Shown here one piece after another: positions 1 to 12,290 of a stretch of DNA of 64,000 nucleotides. The stretch spans positions 109,928,001-109,992,000 of the forward strand of contig NC_045697.1 in NCBI RefSeq assembly GCF_009834535.1, in the 5' to 3' direction. Source of the DNA: Camelus ferus. Lineage: Eukaryota. The number at the start of each line of letters is the position of its first letter. The stretch's first letter is position 1. The translations under genes were made by a program, and so were the position numbers. The notes under the pieces were generated by a model, which did no database searches, had not been told where the DNA came from, and saw nothing but the letters and a program-made list of their open reading frames with translations.

Positions 1-2533
1 TCTAGCGTTCGGGTACCACGCAGGTTTGCAGGCTGGGGTTTGAGTCCTGGGCGATGAGGTCGTATCTCACAGCTGCCTTCTAGAAGGAGAAGGGGATGGG
101 CAGGAATGAGCTATTAGCTGGCAGAAACCCACGGCAACTGACCTGCAAGACACTTGCGTGCTTGGGTTAACTCTCTCACTTAAAGAGAATCTAGATGTAG
201 AAAAAGACAACGTTCTGTAGACCAAACTGAAATATTTGAGCCTACAATGGACATTTTGTAAAAAGTTCTTACCATTCCCCAATTTCGAAAAGACAGAAGG
301 CTGAGGAGCAATGCGGAGAAGGGCAGGGTCAGATGCAGGGGTGATTTTTTGGTCCTTGCTGTGCTGGGCTCTGAATTAGACTTTTCCTTCCCACGACTTG
401 TGTTTCCCATTCATAAAATCCCAGATAGAAAACCTTCTGCCACCTTCTCAATGCTCACCCTCGCTGCTATGTTTTGAGAAGTTAATATCTGCCCATAGAT
501 CCATATAGTGAATTCCTAGAAAGAATATTGCCTAAAAATCTCTGGAATGACACTCTGCATTGCCCCCTCCCCCCATTGCTAGGACAAGACGACCCACATG
601 GGAACTTGGAGAAAGGATGCCTCTCCCTCCTGCCCGCTTCAGAGTTTCTGATTAAATTGCAATGCATTCTACAGATGGGCGAGTCAGGCTGCTTATAACT
701 TAATCTACTTAGCTGTAAATAGTCTTGCCCATGTCCCAATTTCTTCATCTGCAAATTGGAGCTAATATTTACGTTGCAGCTCAAAGGGATTTAGTCAGGC
801 CTCATGAGATCAGCGGGGCCGCGGGTTTGGAGCTTGGTGGGTGGAAGGCATTACATAAATATGCCGTCATTTTCATTAGGGTTATTTTCATCATAATTTT
901 ATGCTACAACACAGCTGTGGCAACATGTGTTTTAAAGATTTAAATAAACATTCCAAAATTTGTGAAACCTGATTCACTTTTGCCCAATTTGGCTAAATTG
1001 GCCATCATTTTGAAAATTCTGAAGACAAGGCTTTCAATTCACAAAGCCTCTCCCTGTGGCATGGCTGAGGCACCAACAAGCATCATTTTCTTTTGTAAGC
1101 ACTTTAAAAACACGGCCAAATTGTCCAACATATTAGCCTGGCAGCTCGAAGGTGGGGTTCCCTCATAGGAACTGTGTAAGAGGAGACTCAATCACAAAAT
1201 ATAAAACGTGGGGCCACCCCAAAACCCACCCACCCCTAATACAAAAGCTTGATTTCTGGCTCAGTGGAACAAATAGAAGAGGCTTAAGTAGTTTTTTGGT
1301 TTGTGGGTTTAACATGGAGATCAAATCACGGCCATGTCTTTAGTAACTCAGAATATTGACTGTGGGCCACTGACATCCTGAGCTATGTTAATAACTATCT
1401 GCTTCACCTTTCTCCAGGATTAAGCATGTGCTGACCGAGCCACACAATTTCAATGACCCAAAACACTGAATCAGTGGTGCCCTGAGCGTGTTTCCTGGAA
1501 CTAGCTCTAGACAGGATTACACCAGCAGAAAGCACTCAAATCTTCTTTGGCCCTTTCCCCAAAGACCGATGGTCTTCAAGGGCTCCGAGTGGTAGGACCA
1601 CAATTCCCGTTTCTTTTGCTGCGATGCAGATAAGTAATCAGATAAATGAGAGCCAATCCAAAGACTGTACATTGTGGCCTTTTCCAACATGCCCACAGCT
1701 GCATATACTCAGTGTCAAGGCAGTGATTAATCACGTTCACAATCTCCTGTTGACTTTTTATTTATCTTTGTACAAATGCATCCTGATGCTCGAATAGATT
1801 ACATACCCGGTGGGTGATGGCCTGCCTTGGTTTTGTAACATTCCAGGCTATCTCCAGTTGCCTGAGTTAGACATTTTAGAAATGTTTTTATTTGACTTAT
1901 GAAAAGAATAAATACATACCCAAGAGTGCTTTGAGGAAGGAGAGTTTTTTTTTAAAGCCAAATATGAGTAGTTTGGGAGAATCTGGATAAATTGATGGTA
2001 GTGATGGCCAGATTTAGAGCTTTATGTTAATTGAAGCTTCAGGGGTGCTCTGGGGGGGATGGAGACCCCGAAAAGTCATGCTCAGGAAGGTGAGAGTGAA
2101 GCATTCTTTTCTGGAGACAAAAGAAAGATGTTTTGCTTTTCTCTCTGATGCTAATACTGTCTGTTAAGCCAAAGAATCTCAAACCTTATGAAAACATTAC
2201 CTTGGGGATAAGCTTATTTTAAAGCAGCCTTCTTAAAGCAAACTGTTCACACAAATACACACACACACACATTCAGTCCCATGCTATGGATTGAAGGTAC
2301 AGCCTAGAGATGGTCCAGTTTGCCAGATGTGCTAGATGAATCTGCTGCTGGTGGCCTCTAGGACCACAACTTGGGAACACCAGCTTTCAGTGACTTCTTT
2401 CCTGAACCAGTTCAGGAGAGCTGCAGGAAATCACTGACTTCCAAGAAGACACAGCTGCACTGTCCTTCGAGAGGCACCCTCTGCACTGCTCCCCGACTGA
2501 GAAAGGAGTCCCGGAGGCAAGAATATGAAAGTT

Positions 2534-2691
2534 GGGGAGGAGAGGGTACAGCTCAGTGGTAGAGCGCGTGCTTAGCATGAAAGCAGTACCGCCATGAAAA
2601 TAAATAAATAAATGAAACCTAATTACCTCCCCCCCCAAATAATTTAAAAATAAATAAGATTTTAAAAAATAAATTTAAAAAAGCTTAAAAA
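2534..2691 (+). mobile_element. tRNA-Ala-derived SINE (Vic-1-like), B-box region deleted
   Basis: Head ggggaggagagggtacagctcagtggtagagcgcgtgcttagcatg, then the aaacctaattacctcccc tail motif and an A-rich tail. TSD aagaatatgaaagtt (2519-2533) / aagaatacgaaattt (2692-2706). Confidence 0.9.
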
Positions 2692-2825
2692 AAGAATACG
2701 AAATTTATCCCTAGGGAATTCGTAGGAATAGCTGGCAGAGAGGTGAGGCAGTTGTCCAGGAAGGGCAAAGTGGGGGAATGTGATTCTGTGATTCTGGCCC
2801 TTGTGTGGTATGAACACATTGGCGC

Positions 2826-3244
2826 TGCGGTAGGAAGAATATCAGCCCCAGAGATGTCCACATCCTAATCCCGGAGCCTGTGACTGTGTTACCTTACATG
2901 GTAAAAGGGATTCTGTGGATGTGATTAAGTTAAAGATCTTGAGTTGAGCTTTTTGTTAATTGAAGCTTCTGAGTGTTTCCAGTGTAGTTGTGGGGGTCTT
3001 TATAAGAGAGAAGCAGGCAGGTCAGTGGAAAGATAAGAGACCAGGTGATGAAGGAAGCAGAGAGCGATTGGAAGATGCTAAACGTCTGGACTTGGAGAAG
3101 ATGAGGCCACGAGCCCAGGAATGCAGACCGCCTCTAGACAATAAGAAGACGCAAGGAAATCGAGAGGGCTCTCTGAAGACATGTTCACTGTACACAAAAC
3201 CAGTAAATGAGCCAACGTCTGATTCTCTGCCCTCGGAGCTGTAG
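2826..3244 (+). mobile_element. MaLR LTR (MLT1D-like)
   Basis: Motifs cccagagatgtccacatcctaatcccgga, ccttacatggtaaaagggat, gatgtgattaagttaaagatcttgag and gagcccaggaatgcag are typical of MLT1. Confidence 0.8.
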
Positions 3245-4342
3245 CTGCACCTCTGCCCTGGGCTGCTGGGCACCAACCCTGTGCTCTAAGGCATCCTGAG
3301 TCCTCCCGCAGATGTGCGGTTTAGACATCTATTGAGATGCTCAGGGTAGTAACGCCTACCTCACAAGGCGGAGGCTCGGGAAGAAGATACTGTGCCCAGA
3401 AACACTTTTTAAACTATAAAGTAATCCTTATCATTATGATGATTCCAGGTCATCGATTCAGAATGATGAGTTGAATGAATAAGTAATTGGAAATTAGGAG
3501 GATCGCTCTGCCATTACAAACCTGGGTGTGGGTCACTGGGCTTTCAAGCCACCTTTCTGTGAATTAGGACATTGCTTACGCCCCTGCCGTGCTCAACTTC
3601 TTCCTCTGGACGTTCAAGGGGGAGGGAGCGACAGAATGGAAACCTTGGACATTTCAGAATGAGCTGGGGGACGTCAGAGAAAAAAAATCTCTCAAAACCG
3701 ACAAAATCCTCTAAGTCCATAAATCACAAACTGAAGCCGCCGCTGGTATTAACAAACCTAAATCAAAACATCATTAACGCCATTGTGCCACAGCTGAAAA
3801 ATAACTTCTGGTAAGTATATTCTAATAGCAGAAAGTCAGTCATATTGATCACATTTCCTTCTTCTGTCTCTCCCTGTAGGTAATATATTTAGAGACTCAT
3901 TAAAATAGGCATTCTTTTGTTCACTCGGTACCAAGACAATATTCTACATATCTGGGCATTTAATTAGTGGTATGTTTCAAGTGTCAGTGCTGCCTGTCTG
4001 TTAATAAAGAACTTGGAATTTGAATTCTAGAGGTGCTGATGTGGCCTTGACCAGCTCCTTTATGACGTCCAGTCTTCATAGCTGCCAAGGAGAGGCAGGG
4101 TCTCAGGTCTCTGACTTGGAAGTTAGCAATGTCAGTGGAGTACATAGTGCTGTCACAGTCAAATCACCGGATGTCACCATGCTCAGACAGGGCCCAGGAA
4201 GATTGGCCACAGGCTCCGCTCTTCAGTGGTGACAATGGAGCTAAAAAAAGTCCTACAGATTTTCATTGCAATAGCAGGACAAAATAAAAGCCCTTGGGTC
4301 CAGTCTGAGCCTCCGTGTAAAATCTAAAAGTATGTGAACTTT

Positions 4343-4708
4343 GTATGCGGAATCTAAAAAAAAAAAAGAAGAAAAAAAAGAAGACACTAATGAACTCATC
4401 TACAAAATAGAAACAGATTTGCAGACATAGTAAACGATCTTATGGTTACCAGGGGGAAAGGGGGTGTGAGGGGCTAAATTTGGGAGCTTGAGATTGGCCG
4501 ACATTAGCCACTATATATTAAAAATACATAAAAAACAAATTTCTTCTGTATAGCACAGGGAACTATAGTCAATATTTTGTAATGCCCTTTAATGAAAAAG
4601 AATGTGAAAATGAATATATGTATGTCTATGCACGACTGGGACACTTGCTGTACACCAGAAATTGACACACTGTAACTGACTATGTACTTCAGTTTAAAAA
4701 AAGAATAA
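4343..4708 (+). mobile_element. 5'-truncated L1 3' end
   Basis: L1 3'UTR motifs tatagcacagggaactata and gctgtacaccagaaattgacaca, plus an A tail. 17-bp TSD aaaagtatgtgaacttt (4326-4342) / aaaagcatgtgaacttt (4709-4725). Confidence 0.9.
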
Positions 4709-5861
4709 AAAAGCATGTGAACTTTAAACATGTTTAAAATATTAAAAATCTATTAAAGTCAAAACTGCAGAAGCTTATAAAGTAATACACAGGCGGTTAT
4801 TTGAAACACCCTGTCCAAGGCTGGCTGATCACCTGCCAACCCATCACTGACCTCATCCAGCCCCACACTGCGTTGCAGGCAGCAGCTCCCATCTGAAGAG
4901 CTTGGCATACAGGCTCGGAGATGGGTTTCTTCCAAGTCAGCCAAAGATAGCTTATGTTAAATGTAAGTCCCGTGAAAGTACACGAAGACATTTTGATGGA
5001 ATTCTGCACGTGTCAAAACAGCATAATTAAATATAAAATTGACAATAGGAGACGATAGAGTTTTGATCAGCGTGCCTTTTATTGTTCCTGTGCTGGTCAT
5101 AGCTGAAGGTAATGGATGTGAACCATTTTACAGGCGAGCTGCTTGGGAGCTAGAAGTAGTCTTTGCCATGAATTCAGAAAGTTTTTGTGTAGGGCCCCTT
5201 ATAACCCCATCTCATTTGTCTCATCTCTTTTGATTTCTTGCTATTAATATATCTTCCACTGTTAAGCTGTCTGATTTTGCTCTGGGCCCCCTTGTCTTTG
5301 GATTTTTCTAGGCTCTTTGGTGGCTGTCTGCCCTCCCCTTCTTGTCCATCATGATCTACACCGGTTCCTCTCTCTTAACCTGTACAGGTAAATGTGAAGG
5401 GCTAGCGTTTTATTTTTCCTAAATGAGAGTATGATTTTACATCTCTTTGTAGAAGCATTTAGGAAGGCACTAGGTTTTATGCACAGTATTTGATGAGGGC
5501 CATTAAAGTTAAGACCTATGAATCTGGGAGGCCAGGACAGCTGACTCAGAGATGCCAGACAAGGAGAAGACAGAGAAAAGTGGTAGGTTAGGGAACTCAG
5601 CCACTTCTCCCTGTTCTTTAAAGCACCAGGAAATGTCAACCAGTTAGGTTGCCGCGGGATACACTATTGTCTGAGTTACAGATGTGAATTGCAGTATAGG
5701 TGATACTTACAGATGTGATCTGCGGTATAAATGAACACTAGTGGCTGACACTTTAAAAACTATTATAGGAGTTCAGGTTTTCTGAGTTTTTCTTTTCTGA
5801 TTTTATTTCTGATCAATATAGGCATGGCCTTATTAATATTAATAACAACTCTCCTGCTCAC

Positions 5862-5966
5862 CCGCCTGTGAGAAGTGAGACATTTTAGAAAGTCCTCATC
5901 CTGGATGGTTCTGGGAATGCCACAGAGGTAACCGGGTTTATCAGTGAACGCTGCTGGTGCCCACCA
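5862..5966 (-). other. Candidate spliced exon (105 nt), gene unidentified
   Basis: Minus-strand acceptor ttgattctttctccacAG and donor cgg|GTGAGC. One open frame: WWAPAAFTDKPGYLCGIPRTIQDEDFLKCLTSHRR. Confidence 0.25.
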
Positions 5967-6223
5967 CTGTGGAGAAAGAATCAAAGTAGAATTTGCGAGC
6001 CCAGACCCTGGCATTTCCACAAAGGGGCTGCTCAGGACTGGAACTTTCCTCCCTGTGCGGCTTTCTGGACAATCAGCCATGCCTAGGTGATGGTGGACCT
6101 GGAAACCCTCCCTGGAGAGTAGTGCCCCCTTTCCTGGTGCGGAGGCTCCTCCTGTGACGGGCTCAGCCGCAAGGCTGCAGCCAGGATGCCCACTGGCTAG
6201 ATTTCAAGTGCCAGGTTTCAAAT

Positions 6224-6665
6224 TATATTAATCTGCTATGGTTGTCATAACAAAAGACCACAAACTTTATGGCTCAAAGAACAGAAATGTATTGTCTTCT
6301 TGTTCTGGAGGAAAGAAGTCTAAGATCAAGGCGTCAGCAGGGTCGGTTCCTTCCGAGGGCCATGAGGAAGGATCTGTTCCAGCCCTCTTGCTGGCCATCT
6401 TTGATGTGCCCTGGCTTCTAGATGCATTACAGTGGCATCTGCCTTCACCTGCACGTGGCATTCTCCCTGCGGTGTGTGTATGTGTCCAAACGTCCCTTTT
6501 TTAGGACACCAGACCTATTGGATTAGGGACCCGCTCTACTCCAGCATGACCTCATCTTAATTTATTACATCCACAAGGACTGTACTTCCAAATAAGTTCA
6601 CCTTCTGCAGGTGAAGACTTCAACAGATGAATTTGGGGAGGGGCAGACACAACTCGACCCACACC
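6224..6665 (-). mobile_element. MaLR LTR (MLT1C-like)
   Basis: ttctggaggaaagaagtctaagatcaaggcgtcagcagggtcggttccttccgaggg, ggattagggaccc and gacctcatcttaa match the reverse MLT1 consensus. Confidence 0.85.
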
Positions 6666-7023
6666 AATAAATATTTCTTTAATGATCAGAGGTGTGAAGT
6701 AATTAGGGAAGAGATTCCAATATCTGTTACACATTCTCTTCAAAAACCACTTTCCTGTCCTCTCCTGTTTCTATTTCTCCCCTTCCTCTTTCTGTTTGTA
6801 GCAGATTAGAGTCTCTTCTTTACCCTGGGCCAACAGTAGGGAGGGATTAAAAATTAACAGTCTAAGGCCGCCGTCTCCCAGATATGAGGATATGGACAAA
6901 CTCCTTTTCAGCTAGTGTGGTGGCTTTACATATAAACTGGATCAGAAACAACAAAACTTCTGGGCTTGCTATTTCTCAAGTCATTTAACAGGAGGTGTAG
7001 TCCTCCACCAGGGCTGCACTAGA

Positions 7024-7062
7024 GCAGCAGCAACCTTGGTTCGAAGCTGAGTCAAGGCACCA
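7024..7062 (+). other. Copy of tRNA-His(GTG) 3' half including CCA; an extended primer-binding site on the minus strand
   Basis: gcagcagcaaccttggttcgaagctgagtcaaggcacca vs recalled tRNA-His GCCGCAGCAACCTCGGTTCGAATCCGAGTCACGGCACCA: 34/39 by eye. Lies 3 nt from the LTR 3' end. Confidence 0.85.
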
Positions 7063-7065
7063 AGA

Positions 7066-7618
7066 TGTTATCCCAAAAGGGGAAGGGAAAGACCCCACTG
7101 CTTGTCTTACCCGAAAGATAAGCATTCTGATGGGAGATGGAAGCGTTGTGCAGCAGAAGATTTCAAGGGTTTTATTAGCAAAAGGAAAGCACACCTTCAA
7201 GGACGGGAGGCGGGCTGATCCCAGGGCGGGTAGCAGTGGTCTTTGTTTGCCCCCTTCTCTCACACCTTCACTTAGAGGTGGTCTCTTGATTGGTTGATGG
7301 CTCTTGCCCTCAGAGTGCTTGGTCACGCTTGTCCCCTTTTGTGCATGTCCTTACCCATGATGCACATGGAAAAACCCATGGGGGGACCTAAATCACAGTG
7401 TTAATTATATTACAGTGAGCACTGGGTCATGTCTGGTTAGGTCCTTGTCACTACTGCACAGTTGCAGTTGTCAGGTTCTAACTGGCTTCCTGCTGGCTCT
7501 CATTTAGAGGAAGTAAAGCCCCTTTATGCTGAAGGTGGGCACAACACCATCTTCCAGACCAGCCTCCCTCTCCTGCACCTTCCCTACCATGTGCCCCCAC
7601 TTGTCTAACTACCTAACA
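7066..7618 (-). mobile_element. ERV LTR (family A in this window), full length
   Basis: TG...CA termini (tgttaggtag...ggataaca on the minus strand) and aataaa on the minus strand. Homologous to 10608-10900 and 39930-40477. Confidence 0.9.
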
Positions 7619-10607
7619 ATTTAACAGGGGGTATGTTCCTTCTCTACCTGAGGCTGTTTTGGACTCTCCTTGGGAGGAAAATGAACATTTAACTGTGGTG
7701 GGATATGAGGAAACTGGGTGTAGCCCTTCCCGGTGGTGAGACGAAGCTGGACCTTAACAGTCTGCACCCCCCTTCCCCTGCTCCTTTGTGATAGCAGGGT
7801 TCACCCTTTGCACCTTCTCTGCTGGAAAAATTAGCCAAAATTAAAAAAAAATTTTTTTCCATCATCATTTCACCAAAGCTTAAGATGCTGGCTTATAAGA
7901 CACGAGAAAAAGTCAAGGGTCAGGACTTATATCTCCCTTATTAGGTAGGGCTGGCGTTTTCCGATGGAGAAAAGTAGAGACACAAGAATAAAGAGCTGAA
8001 TTAAGGCTGTAGGGAGACGATGGACGGGAGCCATTGATGAGCCAGAGGGAAGTAAGGAGCAAGACAACATTCGCGTGGAGACCATGAGGTCACAGGTCCT
8101 TCTAGAGAGCCCCTCCTCTGTGGCTATAGTTCTCTCTGGGTCTCAGATCCTTTCTTTTGCTCCTTTGGGCTTAGGGCCGGTGATAGCTTTCCATATGGCT
8201 AATCCATGGGCGCTTCACAAACCCTTACGGTCCCCCTAACACCGCCGACATCTTTGTAAAGTGTCTCTTCATTAAACTCTCCATCCATCTGAGTACTAAG
8301 CCCTCATCTCCCCAAGGGGGTTTTAAGTTTCAAGAGGGCAGAGATCACTGCTCACCTTTGCACCTGCATAGCCTTGGAGATAAAGCCTTGTGGAAGATTC
8401 TCCATGAATAGTGAAGGCAGGAGTGGAGGAAGGGGAGGAGTGGCTGGAGCAAGGAGAGTCAGAAAGGAGGAAGGAAGAAAGGGAAGATATATGAGATTCT
8501 GGAAGGTCGAGGGGGAGGTGGTATGACTCAGTGATGGGGACCCAACTCAGCTCCCCAGACCTGTGCTCTCTGATCACCTAGGTAAAAGCCAAACAGCCCA
8601 GGAAGGATGGAGCCCGAACCGCCACCTTGCTCAGCCCTACACAGACAGGTCTTTCTTATTTACTGCCCCACCTGCCTCCTCACTCTGCAAAACGCCTCTA
8701 CTGCCACCTCTGGTGCCCATACAAGGCTGGGAAAGCAGTGTGGGCTTCTCCTTTTAAGTCAGAGGCCCTGGGAACCTCCCCTGGCAGAAGCCCACCCAGT
8801 GCTGGACAGTCCCCATCCGGGCAAGCCGGGCTGCCCTGGGACAGCAGCCACAGGTCCTCTCACTGCACTCATTGTGCTCCTATTGTATGCAGGCCCATAT
8901 GAGATTTAAATATGGGAAGATATAGAGTCTCTACCCTCCATCCAGAGTCCAAGGAAAAGCAGGAGGGGCACTGACAGAGCATCACATCAACCCAAAAGGA
9001 TGAATTAGAAAGTCCAAATGAAATACCATCGGCGGAGCAAAATGCATGGTGCAGACGGGGGTAGTCATGCGGGATGACTCAGAAGGACTGGCTGGATTTC
9101 GAGCCAGATTTGTGGTGAACACATTCAACCAGGTAGTTTGGAAAATATATTAGAAAACAATCAATCAATGTCAAGCATTGTCCTCAGGAATGTGGGTCTC
9201 TGGGTCCTCTGAGGATGCTTTATTGCTGGCGGAATAAAAACGATGTATTATGTAAGGGTGTGTTCAAATGCTTTGTATTTGATTTTTTTCCTGCGTTTGG
9301 CAACCTCCACCAATAATGGTGCGCAGTAGAATTAAAGGGATTGGAAATTCTCTTCCTGGAACTCAGATCCTTCATACTGATTGAGTATTTGCATCAGATC
9401 CCGATTTAGTCATTCCCCCGCTGCGCTGGTAAGGCCATGGTGTGTCCAGCACGTCGGAGCGATCTTTGATCTTGTCTCAAATAAAAGAGACTAATGCACA
9501 TTTATTTTTGCCATTTTCATTATCACTAAAAGAAATGCCAGAGAACGTTCCAATATAACCTCTCGAGAAAATAAACCACTTTCTTAACTGACATCAGTTC
9601 TGTCTCTTCGTAAAATGGAACCACACATTTGGAAAGCTCCGTCCCTACCAGGCCAAAGGCACATCTCTGCTTCTCACACTGTTTCAAAGCTTTGGTACAC
9701 GAAGCTCCCTCTGGAAGAAGCTGATCTCCAGGGACCAGTGCAGGCTGGGGAAAATGGAGAACAGCATAAGTACTGAGAAAGATCTTCTAGTTCTGCGTTT
9801 TTTTCTTTCTTTGGTATAGTTTTGCTGGTGCCTTTTCACTGAAGTAAACAACAAAAGACTGCTCTCTGTTGTCTCGACACTAATCATAAAACTGAAAGCT
9901 TAGTTCAACAGTGGAAGAGAACCGTGTTTAGCACATCATAATAAAGGCGAAACAGGGCTAGACTGGCCATTGTGTAGTTGAGGAAATACCATGGGGCTGG
10001 TGCATTAAAGAACTAAGACAATCAGCTACCGCCTGCTGCCCTTGAAGTGATGGAACCTCTGGTGATGCAACTGTCTACTCATTCAGAACTCTTCCCCGAG
10101 GACCTCCTCCAGGTGGGGGGAAGAGAGCAATGAACAACACGTGAAGATCGCTAGTGCTGGAGAGACACACACAAAAAAACACCAAAACCCAGACAAATAA
10201 TAAATGAGGTGGGTACTCCCCTTTGTCTTTCTACTCCTAAATCTCGCAATTTTCTGCATACAGTAGGAGCACAATGGGTGCTGTTAGAGGGCCTTTGGCT
10301 GCTGTCCCGGGTCAGCTCAGCTTGCTAGGATTGGAATTGTGTGGTACTGAGTGGGCTCTTCCCAGGGCCCCTGATTTAGAGCGAGAGCCCCCAGCTACTG
10401 CCCTAGTGTTGTATATGGCAGCCGTTGAGGGCAGTAAAGGGACCTACAGTAGCAGAAGCCAAATAAACAGTGGTGACACACACAGTGTGCTAGATACTGC
10501 AGAGGAGAAAAGTAGTTTAAAAAAGGACTGGGGACGTTAAAGGGGTGCACGATTTTAGGGGAATCTCTGCCATCTGTCAACAAAGAGCATATGGGAATAT
10601 AATGGAA

Positions 10608-10900
10608 GAGTGCTCGTCCCCTTTTGTGCATGTCCTTACCCATGGTGCACACAGAAAAACCCATGGAGGGGGATAAACCACAATGCTAATTATATTACAG
10701 TGAGTACTGGGTCATGTCTGGTTAAGTCCTTCTCGCTACCAAGCAGTTTTGGCTGTTGGGTTAACCGGTTTCTGGCTGGCACTCATTTAGAGGAAGTAAA
10801 GCCCCTTTATGCTGGAGGGGGGCACAACTCCATCTTCCAGACCACCCTCCCTCTCCTCCACCTTGTCTGCCCGGTTCCCCACTTATCTAACCACCTAACA
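10608..10900 (-). mobile_element. ERV LTR family A, U3 half only
   Basis: Aligns by eye with ~7313-7618 (shared catttagaggaagtaaagcccctttatgct). R/U5 half is missing. Confidence 0.9.
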
Positions 10901-12290
10901 ATATGATGAGATTTTTGTCCCCTTACAAACCATTCTGTATCTTGAAATTATCACAGATCTTTTCCTCTTTATTTCATTTATTTTGTAATCTTGGCCAGAT
11001 ATTTATACATGGAAAATGTAAAACTTCAACAGGGAGTGGGAAAGAAGTCAAAAATGATACCAGATTCCTGTACTGAGGGACAGTTTCTGTGAGATGTGGA
11101 GCCCCGGGGTGAATGAAGCAGGTGACTGGGGAATGCCGGGCGGGTCTGGGAAAAGCAGGGTGGTGGCACCTTCAGCTCTGTGAGTAAGCCGTACCAGGGG
11201 CTCACTGCGATGTCCATTTGCTCACCAAAACTTGTTTTTTAAATTATCTACATTGAACAGAAACCCTGAGGCACAAAAAAATTACCTGCTGGGACCAAGT
11301 GATCCCTGGAGTCCCTTACCCAACTTAAATGTAGCATCTTTCAATTATTTGAATCCGTTTTTGAATCCATTTTGAATCCTTAGTAATTACTACATTAATT
11401 AACCATGTAGGAGAAAGATTTTAATCTTGGCATCTCATTTCTGTGAAACCTTATTGAAGACCCCAGACCAGTTACCTTTTCTACATTTTAAAAAGTGAGA
11501 TAAGAAATATCTCATCCTTTGCAAAGAAGGGCAAGGATTCCATTTGGTTGTTTAAAAGCTCGTTGAAAAGCTTCCTCATAACACATTTTCAATAAAATGT
11601 TTATAAATGAAAACAGCTGATTTCTGTTTTGCAGAAAAGAGAAAAGAAAAATAAAACCCATTGTGTTTAGAAAGAAAACATTATGAGAAATCCTGTTTCA
11701 TTAAGACTCCAAGGCTAACCTCGTTATTTAGAATACCTTCTTAAAATGCTAGAAGGAGCTCACATAGTCGACTATGCCACTTGCATGGAGTCATCGCTAC
11801 ATCCACTAATTTTGGCTTTCGCTGCTCTTAAAAAGCCATTTGAAAGCGATTATTTTGTGACCCCACATTTCTTCATTTCTGCCCATTGCCCTCTTATTCT
11901 TATCTGCTTAGGAGCTCAAGAAGTGATTGTTCCCAGCACGTAAGTACACAAGAGCATACCGTGTGAAGTTTCTCCCTGCTTTTTTCTACCCTCCTTCCGA
12001 CTGATTCAATAAACCAGTCTAGTGTGAGCCAGAGCTAGCTGACTGCAGTTCATAGCTCTGCATGAAGACTGATGCCAAGATTGGGAAGACTCCACGAAGG
12101 ACTGCTTTCAGGACGAATAATCTGACTTTTTAAAAAATCTCTTAGATAAAAATTGGTTTTCCCTATGAAGCTACATTTGGCAAATCCAAATTCAATACAT
12201 TTACCTTAATTATATGATCATTTCTGAGGGAATTATTGTTGTTGCTGTTTTGTATTGTTTTAAATGATCCTTAAGAATGCCATGGGGTGC

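Noticed and set aside
6985..7062. Complete tRNA-His gene
   Set aside because: Only the 3' half matches, the CCA is encoded and it abuts an LTR; there is no convincing D arm or acceptor 5' strand.
7066..10900. Provirus bounded by two same-orientation LTRs
   Set aside because: The PBS-like sequence lies outside the pair, the upstream LTR lacks R/U5, and no gag/pol remnants or polypurine tract are evident between them.
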